Made by a program: the position numbers and the translations under genes
Notes under the pieces: generated by a model
Seen by the model: the letters and a program-made list of their open reading frames with translations, nothing else
The model's database searches: none
What the model was told of the DNA's origin: nothing
Source of the DNA: Chiloscyllium plagiosum
Lineage: Eukaryota
Direction: 5' to 3'
DNA: 64,000 nt
Assembly (NCBI RefSeq): GCF_004010195.1
Contig: NC_057749.1
Coordinates: 8,387,423 to 8,451,422 of the forward strand
Shown here: piece after piece, positions 60,690 through 64,000 of the stretch
Position numbering within the stretch: position 1 is the stretch's first letter
Layout: every line of letters begins with the position of its first letter

Positions 60690-62005
60690 ATCTGATAGAT
60701 TTCAATGAGGAATCCATCATCCTTCAAAACTCCATCAACTACAGATCCACTCCTCACATGACAAACCCTTCATCCCTGGGATCGTGCTCATAAACCTCTT
60801 CTGGACTCCCCTCCAACACCAGCACTTCCTTCCTAAGACACAGGGCCCAGAACCGCTTACAATATTCCAAATGGGTTCTGACCATAGCCTTATACAGCTT
60901 CAGAAATACATCTCTACTCCTGTATTCTAACCCTCTCAAAACGAATACTAACATTGCATTTGCCTTTCTAACTGCCCATGAACCTCCATGCTAACCTTAA
61001 GAGAATCCTGAACTAGAATTCCCAATTTCCTTTGTGTTTCAGATTTCCAAAACCTTTCCCCGTTTAGAAAGTAGTCCATGTCTCTACTCCTCCTACCAAG
61101 GTGCATAACTTCACACTTCCACACATTGTATTCCACCTGCCACTTCTTTGCCCATTCTCCTAGTCTGTTCAAATCTTTCTGGAGCTTACCCACTTCCTCA
61201 GCAATACTTGTTCCCCCCCCCCCCCTATCTTTGTGTAATCTACAAACTTAACAACAATGCCCTCAGTTCCTTTTACCAGATTGTTAATGTATAACGTAAA
61301 TAGTTGTGGTCTCAACACTGACCCCTGCGGAACTCCACTAGTCACTGGCTGCCATCTTGAAGAAGGTCCCTTTATCCCCACCCTTTGCCTTCTGCCAGCC
61401 AGCCAATCCTCTATCATTGCCAGTGGTTTGCCTGTAACACCATGGGCTCTCATCTTATTCAGCAGCTTCCTGTGTGGTACGTTGTGGAAGATCTTCTAGA
61501 ATCCAAATTGATCATTGGCTCTCCTTTCTCGAACTTGGCTGTTTACATCCTCAAAGAATTCCAACAAATCTGTCAGAGATCGGTCATCAATCCCTGTGAT
61601 GATGGCGTGCTCAGTCTGCCCTTTTATCATGCACTTGGCAAGCACTCCACAATCTCATCGTTAATAATGGACTCTAAAATCTTACCAACGACCAAGGTCA
61701 GGCTAACCAGCCTATAGCTTCCTGTCTTCTGCCTCCCTCCCTTCTTAAACAGGGATGTTACTTTAGCCATTTTCAAGTTCTCTAAGACCCTCCCTGACTC
61801 CAGTGATTCCCAAAGGATCATTAATAAAGTATCTACAATTTTCTCAGCCATCTCCTTCAGGACTCTGGGGCATAGTCCATTTGATCTGAGTGACATATCC
61901 ACCTTCAGACCATTCAGTTTCCCTAGCACCTTCTCCTTAATGATGGCCGTTACACTCACCTCTGCCCCCTCACTCACTTGAAGTTCTGGTGTGCTGCTTG
62001 TGTCT
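60690..62005 (-). mobile_element. CR1 LINE ORF2 RT
   Basis: YRLVSLTLVVGKILESII, VTSGVPQGSVLRPQLFTLYINNL, KCEVMHLG. Confidence 0.95.
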
Positions 62006-62011
62006 TTCAGT

Positions 62012-62832
62012 TGGAGTCATAGAGATGTACAGCATGGAAACAGACCCTTCGGTCCAACCAGATCTCCCAACCCAATCTAGTCCCACCTCCCAGCACCCAG
62101 CCCATATCCCTCCAAACCTTTCCTATTCAGAAACTCATCCGATGCCTTTTAAATGTTGTAATTGTACCAGCCTCCACCACATCCTCTGGCATATACACGC
62201 CACCCTCTGTGTAAAAAAGTTGCCCCTTAGGTCCCTTTTAAATTTTTCCCCCTCACTCCAAACCTATGCCCTCTAGTTCTGGACTCCCCCAGCCCAGGGA
62301 AAAGACTTTGCCTATTTACCCTATCCATGCCCCTCATGATTTTATAAACCTCTATAAGGTCACCCCTCAGCCTCCAACAGTCCAGGGAAAACAGCTCCAG
62401 ACTATTCACTCTCTCCCTATAGCTCAAATCCTTCAACCTGGCAACATCCTTGTAAATCTTTTCTGAACCCTTGCAAGTTTCACAACATGCTTCTGATAAG
62501 AAGGAGACCAGAATTGTACACAATATTCCAAAAGCAGCCAAACCACAGTCCTGTACAGCCACAACATGACCTTCCAACTCCTATACTCAATACTCTGACC
62601 AATAAAGGAAAGTATATCAAACGCCTTCTTCACTATCCTATCTAGCTGCAACTCCATTTCAAGGAACTATGAAAACTGCACACCAAGATCTCTTTGTTAA
62701 GCAACACTCCCCAGGCTCTTAGAATTGAATGTGTAAGTCCTGCTCTGATTTGTTTTCCCAAAATGCAGCACCTCACATTTATCTATATTAAACATCACCT
62801 GCCACTCCTTAGCCCATTAGCTCATCTGATCA
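62012..62832 (-). mobile_element. CR1 LINE 3' portion
   Basis: LLEYCVQFWSPSY, RLRGDLIEVYKIMRG. Confidence 0.92.
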
Positions 62833-64000
62833 AGAGTTTTCTGATTCAGTATGTGGATGTACCTACGAGAGAAGGTACAAAACTTGACCTACTCTTGGGA
62901 AATAAGGCAGGACAGGTGACTAAGGTGTCGGGGTGGAGGGGAAGCACGTTGGGGCCAGAGACCATAATTCTATTAGATTTAAAATAATGATGGAAAAGGA
63001 TAGACCAGAGCGAGAAGTTGAAGTTCTAAATTGGAGAAAGGCCAAATTTTTTTGGTATTAGGTAAGAACTTTCGAAAGCTGATTGGGGGCAGATGTTCGC
63101 AGGTAAAGGGACAACTGGAAAATGGGAAGCCTTCAGAAATGAGGGCAGAGCAGTAGGTGTGATCTATTAGGATTTCAGTAAGGCGTTTGACAAGGTTCCC
63201 CATGGGAGACTTATTAGCAAGGTTAGATCTCACAGAATACAGGGAGAACTAACCATTTGGATACAGAACTGGCTCAAAGGTAGAAGGCAGAGGGTGGTGG
63301 TGGAGGGTTGTTTTTCAGAATCCAGAGAAAGTATATTCCTGTCAGGGTGAAAGGAAAGGCTGGTAGGTATAGGGAATACTGGATGACTAAAGAAATTGAG
63401 GGTTTGGTTAAGAAAAAGAAGGAAGCATATGTCAGGTATAGACAGGATAGATCGAGTGAATCGTAAGGCCTTGATAAGGTTCCAAATGGTCGGCCGCTCT
63501 GGAAGGTAAGATTTCATGGACTCCAATTTAAACTAGCAAATTGGCGACACAGTTGGCTTGACGTTATGAAGCAAATGGCTATGGTGGAAGTATGCTTGTC
63601 GGACTGGAGGCCTGTGACTGGTGGAGTGCCTCAGTGATCGGTTCTGGGCCCATTCCTGTTTGTTATCTATATCAATGATTTGGACCAGAGTGCACAAAGC
63701 AATGTTAGTAAGTTGCAGATGACACTAAATTAGGAGATATCATTTACAGTGAGGAACATTATCAGAAATTGCAGCAGTACCCTGATCAGCTGGGGAAGTG
63801 GGCTGAGAAATGGCAAATGGAGATACGTGTCTTGCATTTAGGAAAGTCAAATCCAGGTAGCAATTTAATGACGAATGATAGTGCCTTAAGGCGTGCAGTG
63901 CAACAAAAGGACGTTGGAGATCAACTGCACGGTTATCTGAAATTTGAGTCACGATACACAGGACAGTGAAGAAGGCTGTTGGTACATTGGCCTTCATCAG
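62833..64000 (+). mobile_element. Rearranged CR1 ORF2 fragments
   Basis: PTREGTKLDLLLGN, DFSKAFDKVPHGRL, VTGGVPQ*SVLGPFLFVIYIND. Confidence 0.85.

Overview
Repeat-dense, apparently intergenic or intronic vertebrate DNA with three assembly gaps (12430-12739, 27365-28258, 41623-42001). The repeat inventory points to a shark or other elasmobranch: HE1-type V-SINEs, many CR1 LINE fragments, Deu-type SINE relics, Penelope-like 3' ends, Tx1-like LINEs and solo LTRs. I can support no host protein-coding gene, rRNA, tRNA gene or CRISPR array. All recognisable long ORFs are retroelement-derived; the longest is a damaged Tx1 RT at 49898-51415. The most notable signal is about 14 hammerhead-ribozyme core motifs (CUGANGA...GAAA with a covarying helix II) in 3-4 sequence families. 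One is physically linked to a Penelope GIY-YIG C-terminus, and many are arranged as short fold-back elements with the ribozyme at the symmetry axis. Also seen are several ~100-bp local duplications inserted into older repeats, a same-strand Tx1 cluster, and TE-free CNE-like islands, one with a perfect AGGTCA DR3. Family names come from motif recall, not database searches, and most boundaries are approximate.
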